Assembly: GCA_965203295.1 (NCBI GenBank)
Contig: CBDBCZ010000019.1
Location: forward strand, 1,536,001 to 1,600,000
Reading direction: 5' to 3'
DNA length: 64,000 nucleotides
Origin: Nitrospirales bacterium
Lineage (GTDB): Bacteria > Nitrospirota > Nitrospiria > Nitrospirales > UBA8639
Shown piece by piece: positions 41,139-54,138 of this stretch. The translations under genes and the position numbers were made by a program. Position 1 is the stretch's first letter, and the number at the start of each line of letters is the position of its first letter. The notes under the pieces are model-generated. The model had not been told where the DNA came from. It saw only the letters and a list, made by a program, of their open reading frames with translations, and ran no database searches.

Positions 41139-41531
41139 TTACTTAGGCCCAAGTTTCTGAAGACTAGCCGGGGGAATGTTTTCTGAACAATCAAATTTCA
41201 CACTGAATCGAGCTGAGCATTGCCTGGTTTCACATTTTCCACAGATACCAACGATTTTCGTTTTCCAATCTGTTTTGGCTTCATCAAATCGACAACTAAT
41301 CTTCCCTCCTTTTTCGACTTCAGCCCACGGCTCATCATAGCCGGGATATTGAGCCACGTAGCAACTGTTTGGAATAGGCCCTTCACAAATCCGTCCCGTA
41401 TCTCCCTTTACCATGCCTAGATTGCAAATAGATTCGGTACGAGAACGGGAGTCTGCATGAACAGAAAAGGGAAAAAGGGTAAAGCCAACAAGCAAAACAC
41501 TTATCCAAAGTACGCCAAACACATGGTTCAT
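41139..41531 (-). CDS. Hypothetical secreted Cys-rich protein
   Basis: Signal peptide ending VHA; 8 Cys in the mature part. Confidence 0.6.
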   Translation of the reverse strand: MNHVFGVLWISVLLVGFTLFPFSVHADSRSRTESICNLGMVKGDTGRICEGPIPNSCYVAQYPGYDEPWAEVEKGGKISCRFDEAKTDWKTKIVGICGKCETRQCSARFSVKFDCSENIPPASLQKLGPK

Positions 41532-41633
41532 AGAACTGGCTCCCTTTTGTGTCCGTCGGAAGTTTATTGGAATGACTATAGAGTAGTTGAGATGAGAGTG
41601 ATCTGAGGGGAAAATGAGGAAAGATGACACTTC

Positions 41634-41673
41634 AAAAAAACAAAGGCCTGAGGAATTCTCCCCAGGCCTTTGT
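41634..41673 (-). terminator. Rho-independent terminator of groEL
   Basis: ACAAAGGCCTG/CAGGCCTTTGT stem followed by a T-run on the minus strand. Confidence 0.85.
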
Positions 41674-41696
41674 CATAAATCAGATACTGTTTGGAA

Positions 41697-43349
<1,653 letters not shown>

Positions 43350-43417
43350 TTAAATTCCAATGATTATAAGTTATCAGATGTAAAAAGAATATGGTTTTGT
43401 GATGGTGAAATCTTGAT

Positions 43418-43738
43418 TTACGAGTCAACAAAAACTCCGAGGATGTCTTCTTCTTTCAAAATCAAGCAATCCTCGTTCTCGATTTTGATCTTGGTGCCAG
43501 AATACTTGTCAAACAGAACCTGGTCGCCAACCTTTAGATTTTCAACGTCCTTGCCAGTTGCCTCAACGGTTCCCCGTTGTGGTTTTTCCCTGGCGGAATC
43601 AGGGACATAAATTCCCCCTGCCGTTTTCTCCATTTCCTCAGTGTAGGTGACAAAAATCCGGTCCCCGAGTGGTTTAAATCCTCTTGCTGAGCTGCCGGAC
43701 AGAACTTCTTCCTCTTTCTCTTTTGTTTTTGGGGCCAT
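43418..43738 (-). CDS. groS: Co-chaperonin GroES
   Basis: KPLGDR, TAGGIYVPDSAREKPQ, EEDILG. Confidence 0.96.
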   Translation of the reverse strand: MAPKTKEKEEEVLSGSSARGFKPLGDRIFVTYTEEMEKTAGGIYVPDSAREKPQRGTVEATGKDVENLKVGDQVLFDKYSGTKIKIENEDCLILKEEDILGVFVDS

Positions 43739-43926
43739 GTTTGGCTTCCTCCTTTGTTGAATCCATTATATTTCAAGACTTTGAGGCAATTCCTGAAAAA
43801 AATAGGCAAATTCCTCAACGTAAATGCTAGAAGCTTAGATAACTCGCGCTAAAAGGAAGTCAAGGGCAGGGGAGAAGAAAATTTCGTTTGGAGAGGTACG
43901 CCTTATTTAAATTTAGGTATAAATAC

Positions 43927-44937
43927 CTAAATCTTGAGTTGATCAAAATCTTGTAGTTCTTCTTTCATAAATTCGCGTAATCGCTTAATGATTTTGGCCT
44001 CAAGCTGCCTGGATCGCTCCTTCGTCACACCGTATTTTTTGCCAATTTCTTCTAAGGTTAGAGGGGTTTCAGAGAGGAGACGGTTGCGAAGGATATCTTC
44101 CTCTCGTTCATTAAGGGTCTTTGCAAACTCTCCCAGCTTCTTCCGAAAAAGGAGGCGAAGTTGCGAATCGGCCAATTGTTCATCGACCGCTGGCGTTTGG
44201 GATGGAATCAGGTCGAGATAAGTGCCTTCGCCTTCTTCGCTATTAATCGGTTGATCCAATGAGAGTTCGCACCCTCCCAGCCGTTGGTCCATTTCAACAA
44301 CATTTCGTTCGCGTACTTGCAGGCGATCGGCAAGAAGCTTGGAGTCCGGAACAAAACCTAGCTTTTCCAGCTTCGCTTTCTCCTTTTTGAGGTTATAAAA
44401 TAGTTTTCGTTGTTCCTGTGTCGTTCCGACTTTCACTAATCGATGGGTGTTGAGAAGAAACCGCAAGATATAGGCCCGAACCCACCATGCACTATAAGCA
44501 TGAAAGCGCACATTTCTCGTGACATCGAATTTTTTTATGGCTTGAAGGAGCCCCACATTCCCTTCCTGAATAAGGTCCATCTGGTCCGTCCCTGTATGTC
44601 GATATTCTGAGGCAATGGCTATGGAGACTCGCAAATTTGACAAAATAAGCTTAATAGCTGCCTTCCTATCTCCCTTGGTCTGGTACTCGTGAAACAACTG
44701 AAATTCCTCTTCTTTCGAGAGGAAGGGATATTTCCGAACTTCGATTAAATACCGATCCAAGGCGGTGGTAGGGGTAAGGGCAGTAGAGAAGTCCATTTGA
44801 AGTGCCTCACTTCCCCCTGCGGGCAAGTCACTTCCTCCCCTCTCTTGAGGCTCCCAATCGACAGGGGTTTCCTCAACCAGATAGTCGATGTCCATGACCT
44901 TATCCTCTTCAAAAGGGTCTGGAGTTTTATCTTTCAT
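43927..44937 (-). CDS. RNA polymerase sigma factor, RpoH/sigma-32-like
   Basis: DLIQEGNVGL, RpoH-box-like QRKLFYNL, region 4 TLEEIGKKYGVTKERSRQLE. Confidence 0.85.
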   Translation of the reverse strand: MKDKTPDPFEEDKVMDIDYLVEETPVDWEPQERGGSDLPAGGSEALQMDFSTALTPTTALDRYLIEVRKYPFLSKEEEFQLFHEYQTKGDRKAAIKLILSNLRVSIAIASEYRHTGTDQMDLIQEGNVGLLQAIKKFDVTRNVRFHAYSAWWVRAYILRFLLNTHRLVKVGTTQEQRKLFYNLKKEKAKLEKLGFVPDSKLLADRLQVRERNVVEMDQRLGGCELSLDQPINSEEGEGTYLDLIPSQTPAVDEQLADSQLRLLFRKKLGEFAKTLNEREEDILRNRLLSETPLTLEEIGKKYGVTKERSRQLEAKIIKRLREFMKEELQDFDQLKI

Positions 44938-45177
44938 TTAGGTATATTTTAGTAGGTGATTATATCTGGCACAGTTACCATTCTACTATTGAGGTCGATT
45001 ATAAACGCAAATGTTTGGAATCACAAAAGTAGCTTCAATAAAGGGAACTGTTAGGAACGATGCATTTTTGTGATTTGCGCAACATAAATGACTTTCAATA
45101 TAGTGAGGAAAATAGGGGAAAATTAAACAAGTGCTAAGAATTTCATTCTTTATGACAATCCAGGTGGAGAAAATTTT

Positions 45178-46404
45178 GTGTTTTTGCAATCTGTCCTAAA
45201 AGGACTCCGGACTGGACATTGGCCGTCCTTGATAGGAGCTTGGCTCCATTTTGAGGTCAGTTTCATGGTTTGGTTACTTATTGGGGCATTAGGTGTGGCT
45301 ATTTCCGAGGAATTTGGGCTTTCAGCCACACAAAAAGGCTTCATGGTTGCAGTGCCCCTTCTTGGAGGAGCGCTCCTGCGCATTGTGGTAGGGCCCTTTG
45401 CCGATCAGTTCGGGGCAAGGAATGTCGGGCTTGGTCTCCTCGTGTTAGAAGTCGTGGCATTATCCTGGGGCTGGCTCCTTAGTCATAGTTATACGCACAT
45501 TTTGGGAACTGCCCTTTTGCTCGGATTTGCTGGCGCAAGTTTTGCTATTGCTCTTCCAATCGCGAGTCAGGCCTATCCAACAGCTCATCAGGGATTGGCC
45601 ATGGGAGTTGCCGCTATTGGAAATAGCGGCGTTCTCTTGGCGACCTTCTTCGCACCACGAATGGCTGAGCTCGTGGGGTGGAGGGATACCTTTGGTGTGA
45701 TGATTTTCCCAGTCCTGCTCACGGCGATTCTTTTTCTCCTTCTTGTTCCCGCAAGACGTCCTCTACCGCATGGAGTTCAACCACCAATGAGTCAATGGTC
45801 TGTCAGTGTTGCAGCCCTTCAACCTTTCATGTTGTGGCTTAGCTTTCTCTACGGGGTCACTTTCGGTGGCTTTGTTGGATTGTCTAGCTTTTTACCCTTT
45901 TTCTTCCATGACCAGTATGGTCTTGGCATGGTGGCTGCCGGGACGCTTACCGCTCTTTGTGGGCTCATAGGGAGCATTGCTCGTCCCTTTGGCGGGCATA
46001 TAGCTGATCGATTGGGGGGTATTTGGTTGTTGCAGGTCCTGTTCCCAATAATTGCCGTTGTGAGCTTGGTCCTTGCGACATTGTTTCCTCTCACTTTGAC
46101 CTTTCCACTCACGGTCGGTCTAGTATTATTACTTGGATTTGGGAACGGAGTGATCTTTCAGGTCGCCTCTATCCGATATCATGGGATGATGGGAACAGCT
46201 TCTGGCTTTATAGGAGCCGGGGGAGGAATCGTAGGATTTTGTATCCCGACGTGGTTTGGAGTTTTGAAAGACTGGACTCAGTCATATGGCAGCGGTTTCT
46301 TGGCTTTTAGTATCTTGTCGCTTGTGGCAGGTGTCATGGTTGTTGTTGCTCAGAGAAGAATCCGACCTACGGTTCGTGAATCTTTAGAGGATTCCGGGGT
46401 ATAA
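45178..46404 (+). CDS. NarK/NasA-family nitrate/nitrite MFS transporter
   Basis: FEVSFMVW, LLRIVVG, GFAGASFA, TFGGFVG, ARPFGG, GFGNGVIFQ. Confidence 0.85.
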   Translation: MFLQSVLKGLRTGHWPSLIGAWLHFEVSFMVWLLIGALGVAISEEFGLSATQKGFMVAVPLLGGALLRIVVGPFADQFGARNVGLGLLVLEVVALSWGWLLSHSYTHILGTALLLGFAGASFAIALPIASQAYPTAHQGLAMGVAAIGNSGVLLATFFAPRMAELVGWRDTFGVMIFPVLLTAILFLLLVPARRPLPHGVQPPMSQWSVSVAALQPFMLWLSFLYGVTFGGFVGLSSFLPFFFHDQYGLGMVAAGTLTALCGLIGSIARPFGGHIADRLGGIWLLQVLFPIIAVVSLVLATLFPLTLTFPLTVGLVLLLGFGNGVIFQVASIRYHGMMGTASGFIGAGGGIVGFCIPTWFGVLKDWTQSYGSGFLAFSILSLVAGVMVVVAQRRIRPTVRESLEDSGV

Positions 46405-46475
46405 CTCTTCATGATTGACAGAATTGGGGAAACTCCCTATAAGCTGTTACCATAACTCTGTTTTATTGAGTGAAC

Positions 46476-47672
46476 ATGTTTGATTCGATTGAAAAAACGT
46501 TAAACGATATCAAGAAGGGAAAATTCGTGATCCTGGTCGATGATGAAGACCGGGAAAACGAAGGCGACCTGGTGATGGCCGCAGAGAAAATTACTCCTGC
46601 AGCCGTCAATTTTATGGCCAAACATGCCCGTGGACTGATTTGTTTAACTCTTACTCAAAAACGCGCTGACGAATTACAACTTCACCCACAAACGACAGAA
46701 AACACAGCTGCATTCGGGACAGCTTTCACGGTTTCCATTGATGCCAGCCATGGGATCACGACCGGCATCTCTGCTGCAGATCGTGCCACGACCATTCGGT
46801 TGGCCGTTGATCCTTCAAGTAAAGCGGCAGACTTTGCTCGACCCGGGCACGTCTTCCCCCTTCGTGCGCAAAAGGGAGGAGTGCTCAAGCGAGCTGGACA
46901 AACTGAAGGTTCAGTCGACTTAGCCCGTCTGGCAGGAATGGCGCCGGCTGGAGTGATCTGTGAAATCATGAATGAAGATGGGACCATGGCGCGAGTGTCA
47001 GACCTTATAAAATTTGCCAAGAGTCATAAGTTACGGGTCGTGACCATCAAAGATCTTATAAAATATCGACTCTATCGAGAGACTCTTGTCAAACGATCTG
47101 AGGGTGCAAAACTGCCTACTATATTTGGCGAGTTCGAGGCCGTTGTGTTCGAGAATGAATTGGACAATGGCAATCATCTTGCCCTCGTGAAGGGACGTAT
47201 TGACGAATCCCCAACCTTAGTGAGGGTGCATTCCGGCTGTTTAACCTCCGATGTATTCGGTTCCTTGCGATGTGATTGCCGCGATCAACTTCACAGAGCC
47301 ATGGAGGTGATTGAGAAAGAGGGAAAGGGAGTTCTTCTCTATCTGAATCAAGAAGGACGTGGCATAGGCTTATTGAATAAAATCCGTGCCTACCATCTGC
47401 AAGACAAAGGTAGTGATACTGTGGAAGCCAACCTTCAACTTGGATTTAAACCGGACCTTCGCGACTATGGCATAGGCGCGCAAATTCTTGTTGGCCTCGG
47501 ACTCCGTCAAATTCGTTTAATCACGAATAATCCACGCAAGATCGTTGGAATTGAGGGATATGGATTGACTGTTGTCGAGCGTGTTCCGATCGAGATTCAC
47601 CCTAAAGAAACGAATGTCAAATACTTACGAGCGAAGAAAACAAAACTTGGCCATATTCTCAATAACGTGTAA
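46476..47672 (+). CDS. ribBA: DHBP synthase / GTP cyclohydrolase II
   Basis: [29 protein letters not shown]. Confidence 0.96.
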   Translation: MFDSIEKTLNDIKKGKFVILVDDEDRENEGDLVMAAEKITPAAVNFMAKHARGLICLTLTQKRADELQLHPQTTENTAAFGTAFTVSIDASHGITTGISAADRATTIRLAVDPSSKAADFARPGHVFPLRAQKGGVLKRAGQTEGSVDLARLAGMAPAGVICEIMNEDGTMARVSDLIKFAKSHKLRVVTIKDLIKYRLYRETLVKRSEGAKLPTIFGEFEAVVFENELDNGNHLALVKGRIDESPTLVRVHSGCLTSDVFGSLRCDCRDQLHRAMEVIEKEGKGVLLYLNQEGRGIGLLNKIRAYHLQDKGSDTVEANLQLGFKPDLRDYGIGAQILVGLGLRQIRLITNNPRKIVGIEGYGLTVVERVPIEIHPKETNVKYLRAKKTKLGHILNNV

Positions 47673-47800
47673 ACACCCGTGACTCGATAGACATCTTCAG
47701 ACAGACAGATGTTGTGCCCCGGCTGGGGACACCTCGTTTTTCACTTGGCTCATCCTCAAATAACGATTGATCTCATCCAAAGTACGTCTTTCGGTGATTC

Positions 47801-48325
47801 ATGAAAGGTACAGAGAAAAACCTGACTGCCCAAAATTTTCGATTTGGTATCGTCGTCAGTACGTTTAATGAGTTTGTGACCAGTCGATTATTAGCAGCCG
47901 CCACTGAGGTCCTCAAGCAAGAGGGAGCGTCTGATCATGACATTAAAGTCGTTCGAGTCCCTGGTGCATTCGAAATCCCTTTGGTGGCGAGAAAGCTTGC
48001 CTACTCTCGGCAGTTCGATGCGGTCATTTGTTTGGGGGCCGTGATTCATGGGGAAACCTCTCATTTTGACTACATCTGTGCAGAGACAGCCCATGGCATT
48101 GCACAGGCAAGTCTAGATACAGGAATACCCGTGTTATTTGGCGTCTTAACCACCCACACTGCTGAACAAGCGTTAGCAAGAGCCGGGGACGCTGATCGCA
48201 ACCGTGGGGCTGATGTCGCTCGAACGGCGATTGAGATGGCCAATCTTATGAAGGAACTTGAAAACACAAGCAAGATGCCGACTGGCTTCCGTCATCCGGA
48301 CCTTGAGGAGAGTACTGGATCATGA
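47801..48325 (+). CDS. ribH: Lumazine synthase
   Basis: VPGAFEIP, HFDYI, FGVLTT. Confidence 0.95.
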   Translation: MKGTEKNLTAQNFRFGIVVSTFNEFVTSRLLAAATEVLKQEGASDHDIKVVRVPGAFEIPLVARKLAYSRQFDAVICLGAVIHGETSHFDYICAETAHGIAQASLDTGIPVLFGVLTTHTAEQALARAGDADRNRGADVARTAIEMANLMKELENTSKMPTGFRHPDLEESTGS

Positions 48326-48864
48326 CTGTCACGCCCTCTCATTCTCGACAGGCAGGGGTAAAAAAAAGGTCCTACCAGAAACGCCATTTGGCAAGGGAAC
48401 TTAGCCTTCAAATTTTATTTCAATGGGATTTTAATGGGTACCAATGCGCTGGTTCAGAGGAGTTTTGGCTGAAGCAGGCACCTGCTCCCGAAGTCAAACA
48501 ATTTGCAGACCAACTTATTCTTGGCGTTCAAGAACAGTATAAGGAGTTGGATGAACTTATTGTCAGGTATGCCCAAAACTGGACAATTGATCGCATGCCG
48601 GTAGTCGATCGTAATATTCTCCGGCAAGCCCTCTATGAATTTCTTTTCATCCCTGATGTGCCAGCCAAAGTCACCATGGACGAAGCGCTTCACCTTGCAA
48701 AAAGCTTTGCAGATGAAGATACGAGGCGATTTGTGAATGGCATGCTAGACCAAGTGTTGAAGTTAGATCCACGGCTCGATCAAAAATGGAACGCCCTAAA
48801 AAATGAAGAACTTTCCAATGAAAAACTTTCTGCTGGTGAAACGCCTTCCATTGACCACCAATAG
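48322..48864 (+). CDS. nusB: Transcription antitermination factor NusB
   Basis: ARELSLQILFQ, VDRNILR, FVNGMLD. Confidence 0.93.
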   Translation: MTVTPSHSRQAGVKKRSYQKRHLARELSLQILFQWDFNGYQCAGSEEFWLKQAPAPEVKQFADQLILGVQEQYKELDELIVRYAQNWTIDRMPVVDRNILRQALYEFLFIPDVPAKVTMDEALHLAKSFADEDTRRFVNGMLDQVLKLDPRLDQKWNALKNEELSNEKLSAGETPSIDHQ

Positions 48865-48881
48865 CCCTTACGTTTTCATCT

Positions 48882-50273
48882 ATGATTGACCGTTACACGC
48901 TTCCGCGCATGAATGCCGTGTGGACGCCGGAGCACAAGTATCAAACTTGGCTCAGAGTTGAACTGGCCGCCTGTGAGGTTCTCGAGCAGTCTGGGAAGGT
49001 TCCACGCGGGGTTGCGACGTCTATTCGACGGAAGGTCAGCATTGATCCAGACCGTATTGCCGACATTGAGAAAGTCACCAAACATGATGTCATTGCCTTT
49101 TTGGAAGCCATAGCTGAACAGGCCGGACCAAAGGCTCGTCATCTTCATATCGGGTTAACGTCATCTGATATCCTAGACACATCCCTGGCCATCCAAATGG
49201 TAGAGGCTGTTGAGATCATTCTCGAAGACATTGATGCACTACTCGATGTCACGAAAACGCTGGCATTTCGATATCGTGACACGATCATGGTTGGGCGGTC
49301 TCATGGGATTCATGGCGAACCCGTTTCTTTTGGATTCAAAGTGGCAATTTGGCATGAAGAATTCCAGCGTCATCTGACAAGAGTAACCGAAGCCGGGGAA
49401 GATATTGCAGTCGGGAAACTGTCAGGTGCCATGGGAACCTTTGCTCATCTTTCACCAAATGTGGAGAAGGCTGTCTGTCAGAAATTGGGATTAAGGCCAG
49501 CCCCTGTGTCCAATCAGATTGTCCAACGAGATCGACATGCAGCTTTTATGTCTGCCTTGGCCTTGCTGGCATCCAGCATTGAGAAAGTTGCGACTGAAAT
49601 TCGACATCTCCAACGGACGGAAGTCCTCGAAGCCGAAGAATTTTTCAGTATTGGGCAAAAAGGCTCATCAGCCATGCCGCATAAACGAAATCCGGTCGGA
49701 TCTGAGAACCTCTGCGGCTTAGCAAGAGTCGTACGGAGTCACAGCCTTGCTGCGATGGAAAATGTCGCGCTGTGGCATGAGCGGGATATCAGTCATTCAT
49801 CTGTCGAGCGAATCATCATTCCGGACAGTACGATTCTGATTGATTATATGCTGGTTCGTTTGACCACCATTCTCGAGAACTTAGTGGTATACCCATCACG
49901 CATGATTGCGAATTTGAACATCACAGGGGGATTAGTGTATTCACAACGACTCCTCTTGGCTTTGGTCGATCGCGGGGTTGATCGCAAAGCCGCTTATGAA
50001 GCCGTGCAAGAAGCCGCTATGGAAGCCTGGCAAGGCAACGGTGATTTTCAAGAATTGATTCAGAAGAACCCATTCATCAAGAAATGGTTAAGTGCGTCCG
50101 TTATTAAATCTTGCTTCGAACCTCGTTCTTATCTTCGCCATATCGACTACATTTATCGTCAAGTGTTTGGCTCTTCAAAGAAAGAAAGACATGGGGCGAT
50201 AAATGCAGTAAAAAGTTCGAAAAAAAGAGTTAATAATCGTAAGGGTATGACTTCTGGCTCTCGTAAACGGTGA
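48882..50273 (+). CDS. purB: Adenylosuccinate lyase
   Basis: MIDRY, GSSAMPHKRNP, ERDISHSS. Confidence 0.97.
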   Translation: MIDRYTLPRMNAVWTPEHKYQTWLRVELAACEVLEQSGKVPRGVATSIRRKVSIDPDRIADIEKVTKHDVIAFLEAIAEQAGPKARHLHIGLTSSDILDTSLAIQMVEAVEIILEDIDALLDVTKTLAFRYRDTIMVGRSHGIHGEPVSFGFKVAIWHEEFQRHLTRVTEAGEDIAVGKLSGAMGTFAHLSPNVEKAVCQKLGLRPAPVSNQIVQRDRHAAFMSALALLASSIEKVATEIRHLQRTEVLEAEEFFSIGQKGSSAMPHKRNPVGSENLCGLARVVRSHSLAAMENVALWHERDISHSSVERIIIPDSTILIDYMLVRLTTILENLVVYPSRMIANLNITGGLVYSQRLLLALVDRGVDRKAAYEAVQEAAMEAWQGNGDFQELIQKNPFIKKWLSASVIKSCFEPRSYLRHIDYIYRQVFGSSKKERHGAINAVKSSKKRVNNRKGMTSGSRKR

Positions 50274-50285
50274 GGGGACGATTCC

Positions 50286-50531
50286 ATGGTGGCCAAAATT
50301 CACATTACCCTCAAATCAGGAATTCTTGATCCCCAAGGCCGAGCCATTCAACAATCTTTGGCCACCCTTGGCTTCACATCCGTCGGAGAGGTCCGAGTCG
50401 GTAAGTATGTAGAAGTTGAATTGTCCGAAGCCGACCCAGCCGTCGCCGAGAGTCAGGTAAAAGCCATATGTGACAAACTTCTCGCCAATACCGTCATAGA
50501 AAACTACCGCTACGAATTGTCTTCTACCTAG
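50286..50531 (+). CDS. purS: FGAM synthase subunit PurS
   Basis: [14 protein letters not shown]. Confidence 0.95.
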   Translation: MVAKIHITLKSGILDPQGRAIQQSLATLGFTSVGEVRVGKYVEVELSEADPAVAESQVKAICDKLLANTVIENYRYELSST

Positions 50532-50601
50532 CAGCGTTGCGCTCTATATAACTTGCAAAACTCGTATTTCAGATGACGACAGTGCCAAGGGCCTCAGATC
50601 T

Positions 50602-51324
50602 ATGAACGTCGGAGTTATCGTTTTTCCTGGATCCAACTGTGACCGAGACTGCGCCTATGTTGTATCAGAGGTGCTCGGCCAAACGACTCGCCTGATCTGG
50701 CATCACGAAACATCATTGACCAATATCGATGCCGTCATTTTGCCAGGAGGTTTTTCTTATGGGGATTATCTCCGTACAGGCGCCATTGCACGGTTTTCTC
50801 CCATCATGGAAGCTGTTAAAACGTTTGCCTCCAAAGGGGGAATGGTATTGGGTATTTGCAATGGATTCCAAATCCTGTTGGAAGTGGGTTTGCTCCCTGG
50901 CGCCATGCTACGGAATCGGGACCTTACCTTTATTTGCGAGGACGTCTATGTGAAAGTGGAAAATTCCTCCACGCCCTTCACGAACCAATGTGAATCCGGC
51001 CAAGTTTTAAAGCTGCCCATTGCTCATGCAGACGGCAATTATTACGCCGATCCTGTAACCCTGTCGGCCTTACAAGCTAATGCCCAAGTGGTCCTTCGCT
51101 ATTGTGATGCGGAGGGGAAGGATAGCGAGAAATCAAACCCGAACGGATCACTCGACAATATTGCAGGAATCAAAAACGCCGCAGGCAATGTCCTTGGGCT
51201 AATGCCTCATCCCGAACGCTGCGCCGAAGATATGCTTGGTAATGAGGATGGAAAGTTTATTTTTCTTTCTATGTTTGAAGCATTAAAGAGCGCCCAACAG
51301 TCATCCAGCAAAGTTTCAGCTTAA
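50602..51324 (+). CDS. purQ: FGAM synthase subunit PurQ
   Basis: [22 protein letters not shown]. Confidence 0.97.
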   Translation: MNVGVIVFPGSNCDRDCAYVVSEVLGQTTRLIWHHETSLTNIDAVILPGGFSYGDYLRTGAIARFSPIMEAVKTFASKGGMVLGICNGFQILLEVGLLPGAMLRNRDLTFICEDVYVKVENSSTPFTNQCESGQVLKLPIAHADGNYYADPVTLSALQANAQVVLRYCDAEGKDSEKSNPNGSLDNIAGIKNAAGNVLGLMPHPERCAEDMLGNEDGKFIFLSMFEALKSAQQSSSKVSA

Positions 51325-51513
51325 AGATTTCTAAATCTTCCACCGATTCTCTCCCCAAAAAATAAGTCCCCAAGCACTGATGGTTACGTTTCTCAATCTA
51401 AGCGAATACCAATAGACGTCTACGAAAAGTGTTATATCGCATCACTTGTGTACGGCGCTTCATGTTCATCACATTTAAGAGCCTTAACCCTCGATATTGT
51501 GCTTTGTCATCAG

Positions 51514-51648
51514 TCATTTCTTTTTTGGTCGAAGAACAAGCGTGTTCCCTTTCTCTTGGATTTCTATTTCCTCGCCCTCCATTTCGCATTCCTGGGGCAT
51601 TCTCAAAGCCCGACTCTTTCCGCTGCGAAATATTTTGGCTGTCTTCAT
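51514..51648 (-). pseudogene. Truncated AbrB-type VapB antitoxin, orphan
   Basis: RBS AGGAGG; MKTAKIFRSGKSRALRMPQECEMEGEEIEIQEKGNTLVLRPKKK*; not in the ORF track. Confidence 0.7.
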
Positions 51649-51812
51649 AAAACAGGGCCTCCTTTTTGAACATACATGAAGGTACACACAGACAAATCTC
51701 TGTCAATGGTCAATAGGGGACCTGAATGCCTCCTTTTCTTCCTTGGCGAAAAATTGTTAGAATTATTGCTTAGTATTTCTTAAGTTTTCCTAATTCTACG
51801 ATTTCCTACGAC

Positions 51813-54047
51813 ATGACTATTACCAAAGATCTGATCAAGCAGTACGGGCTGTCTGAGGAGGAGTTTCAACAAGTTTGTGCTCTTCTCGGGCGGGAGCCTA
51901 ATCTGACTGAGTTGGGTGTGTTCTCTGTGATGTGGAGTGAACATTGTTCATACAAGAGTTCACGGACTCATTTGAAACGATTGCCCACGGAAGGGGAGAA
52001 GGTCGTGCAAGGGCCAGGGGAGAATGCGGGTGCGGTGGATATTGGAGATGGGCTGGCTGCCGTCTTTAAAATCGAATCCCACAATCATCCTTCTTTTATT
52101 GAGCCGTTTCAAGGGGCGGCAACTGGGGTCGGGGGGATTCTTCGGGATATTTTCACGATGGGGGCTCGACCGATTGCGTTGCTGGATTCGCTTCGATTTG
52201 GGGAACTGGACATGCCGCAGAATCGCCATCTTCTGAAGGGCGTGGTCTCCGGCATCTCCTGGTATGGGAACTGTATTGGTGTCCCGACGGTTGGTGGAGA
52301 AATCACGTTCAACGATATTTATGCGAAAAATCCCCTGGTCAATGTCTTTTGCCTGGGTATTGTTCAAAAAGATCGGCTCTTACGAGGATTGGCACAGGGA
52401 GTTGGAAACCCGGTTTTATACATCGGGGCCAAGACCGGGCGTGATGGTATTCATGGCGCCACGATGGCCTCTGACAGTTTCGACGATGCTTCTGATGCCA
52501 AGCGTCCGAACGTGCAGGTTGGTGATCCTTTCTTGGAAAAATTGCTCCTGGAAGCTTGCTTGGAATTTTTGGAACACGATCTATTGGTGGGCATTCAAGA
52601 CATGGGTGCAGCCGGGTTGACGAGTTCTTCCTGTGAAATGGCCGCGCGATCCGGGACAGGGATTGAGATTGATTTGGCTCATGTGCCCCGCCGTGAGCCA
52701 CATATGACGCCCTATGAGCTCATGCTCTCTGAATCGCAGGAGCGCATGCTGCTTGTTGCCAAAGAGGGGAGGGAAGCTGAAGTCATTGCCATTTGCCAAA
52801 AATGGGGGATTGATGCTGCCGTGATCGGACAGGTGACGGACGATGGGAACGTTCGGGTCAAAGAAGATGGAACCATTGTCGCCGAAATTCCTGCAAAGGC
52901 CTTAACGGACGAGGCGCCAAAGTACGAGCGACCTGCCACAGCTCCTGGCTATCAGGATATTTTGCAGTCGCTTCAGAATGAAAACCTGCCTGACGTGAAG
53001 AACCCTACAGAAACCTTGCTTTCTCTTTTACAATCTCCTTCCATCGCAAATAAGGCTTGGGTGTATCGGCAGTATGACCATATGGTCGGGACGAACACGA
53101 CTGTCTGCCCAGGTTCTGATTCGGCTGTCGTGCGCATTAAAGGCACGAACAAGGCCTTGGCCATGACGACTGATGGGAACAGTCGATACTGTTTGCTCAA
53201 TCCTTATATGGGTGGAATGCTTGCGGTTGCCGAGGCTACCCGAAATTTAGTGTGTTCTAGCGCTATGCCGATCGGCGTTACCGATTGTTTGAATTTTGGC
53301 AATCCTGAGCGACCCGACATCATGTGGCAGTTTATGGCTGCAGTTGAAGGCATTGCTGATGCGTGTCGAGCCTTCAGCATTCCCGTGGTGAGTGGAAACG
53401 TGAGTTTTTATAATGAAACCAATGGGCTATCCATTTATCCCACTCCCATTCTCGGCATGGTCGGTCTCATTGAACCCGTTGCCCTGACCACCACTCAGTG
53501 GTTTAAAAATTCTAGCGATCGGGTTATCCTGTTGGGGGAGACGAAAGAAGACTTAGGCGGGACGGAATACCTCAAGCTTATCCATTACCGTGAACAGGGA
53601 TCACCACCATGGTTAAATCTGGACAAAGAAAAAGCTCTTCACACCTGTGTGCACACCTTGATTCACAATAGCCTGATTCAGTCTGCTCATGATTGTTCGG
53701 ATGGAGGGTTGGCCGTGGCACTGGCTGAATGTTGTATCTCTGGTCCTTCCCATTTTGGAGTACAAGTTCAGATTCCTTCAAATAGACAACGACTTGATGC
53801 AGTTCTTTTTGGCGAAAGCCCTTCTCGGGTGATCTTGTCTGTCTTGCCGGAACGAGTTGACCAAGTGATGAAGATCGCGAGTGACTTCGATGTTTTGGCG
53901 GTTGATATTGGTACGGTTGAGGGTAGCCAGTTGGACATCAACGTGACACCTCCGGCCGATGGGTTGGACAATCGAATTCAGGCTGAAGTTCAAACCCTCT
54001 TTGAAGTATGGAATCGAGGGTTAGAGACCAGGTTGGAGTCTAATTGA
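51813..54047 (+). CDS. purL: FGAM synthase subunit PurL
   Basis: [30 protein letters not shown]. Confidence 0.97.
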   Translation: MTITKDLIKQYGLSEEEFQQVCALLGREPNLTELGVFSVMWSEHCSYKSSRTHLKRLPTEGEKVVQGPGENAGAVDIGDGLAAVFKIESHNHPSFIEPFQGAATGVGGILRDIFTMGARPIALLDSLRFGELDMPQNRHLLKGVVSGISWYGNCIGVPTVGGEITFNDIYAKNPLVNVFCLGIVQKDRLLRGLAQGVGNPVLYIGAKTGRDGIHGATMASDSFDDASDAKRPNVQVGDPFLEKLLLEACLEFLEHDLLVGIQDMGAAGLTSSSCEMAARSGTGIEIDLAHVPRREPHMTPYELMLSESQERMLLVAKEGREAEVIAICQKWGIDAAVIGQVTDDGNVRVKEDGTIVAEIPAKALTDEAPKYERPATAPGYQDILQSLQNENLPDVKNPTETLLSLLQSPSIANKAWVYRQYDHMVGTNTTVCPGSDSAVVRIKGTNKALAMTTDGNSRYCLLNPYMGGMLAVAEATRNLVCSSAMPIGVTDCLNFGNPERPDIMWQFMAAVEGIADACRAFSIPVVSGNVSFYNETNGLSIYPTPILGMVGLIEPVALTTTQWFKNSSDRVILLGETKEDLGGTEYLKLIHYREQGSPPWLNLDKEKALHTCVHTLIHNSLIQSAHDCSDGGLAVALAECCISGPSHFGVQVQIPSNRQRLDAVLFGESPSRVILSVLPERVDQVMKIASDFDVLAVDIGTVEGSQLDINVTPPADGLDNRIQAEVQTLFEVWNRGLETRLESN

Positions 54048-54138
54048 TCCACGATATCACATTAATCGTTTTTCCTTTTCTCCATGTTTGCGCTATAGAC
54101 CCTAACCAGAACATAAACATGAAAGTGTTTCATCTATC

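Noticed and set aside
43800..43835. CIRCE element upstream of groES
   Set aside because: Only a partial left arm (TAGCAT); the right arm does not match GAGTGCTAA.
51398..51706. 102-aa ORF from the track
   Set aside because: Shadow frame; the frame with an RBS encodes the VapB-like fragment.
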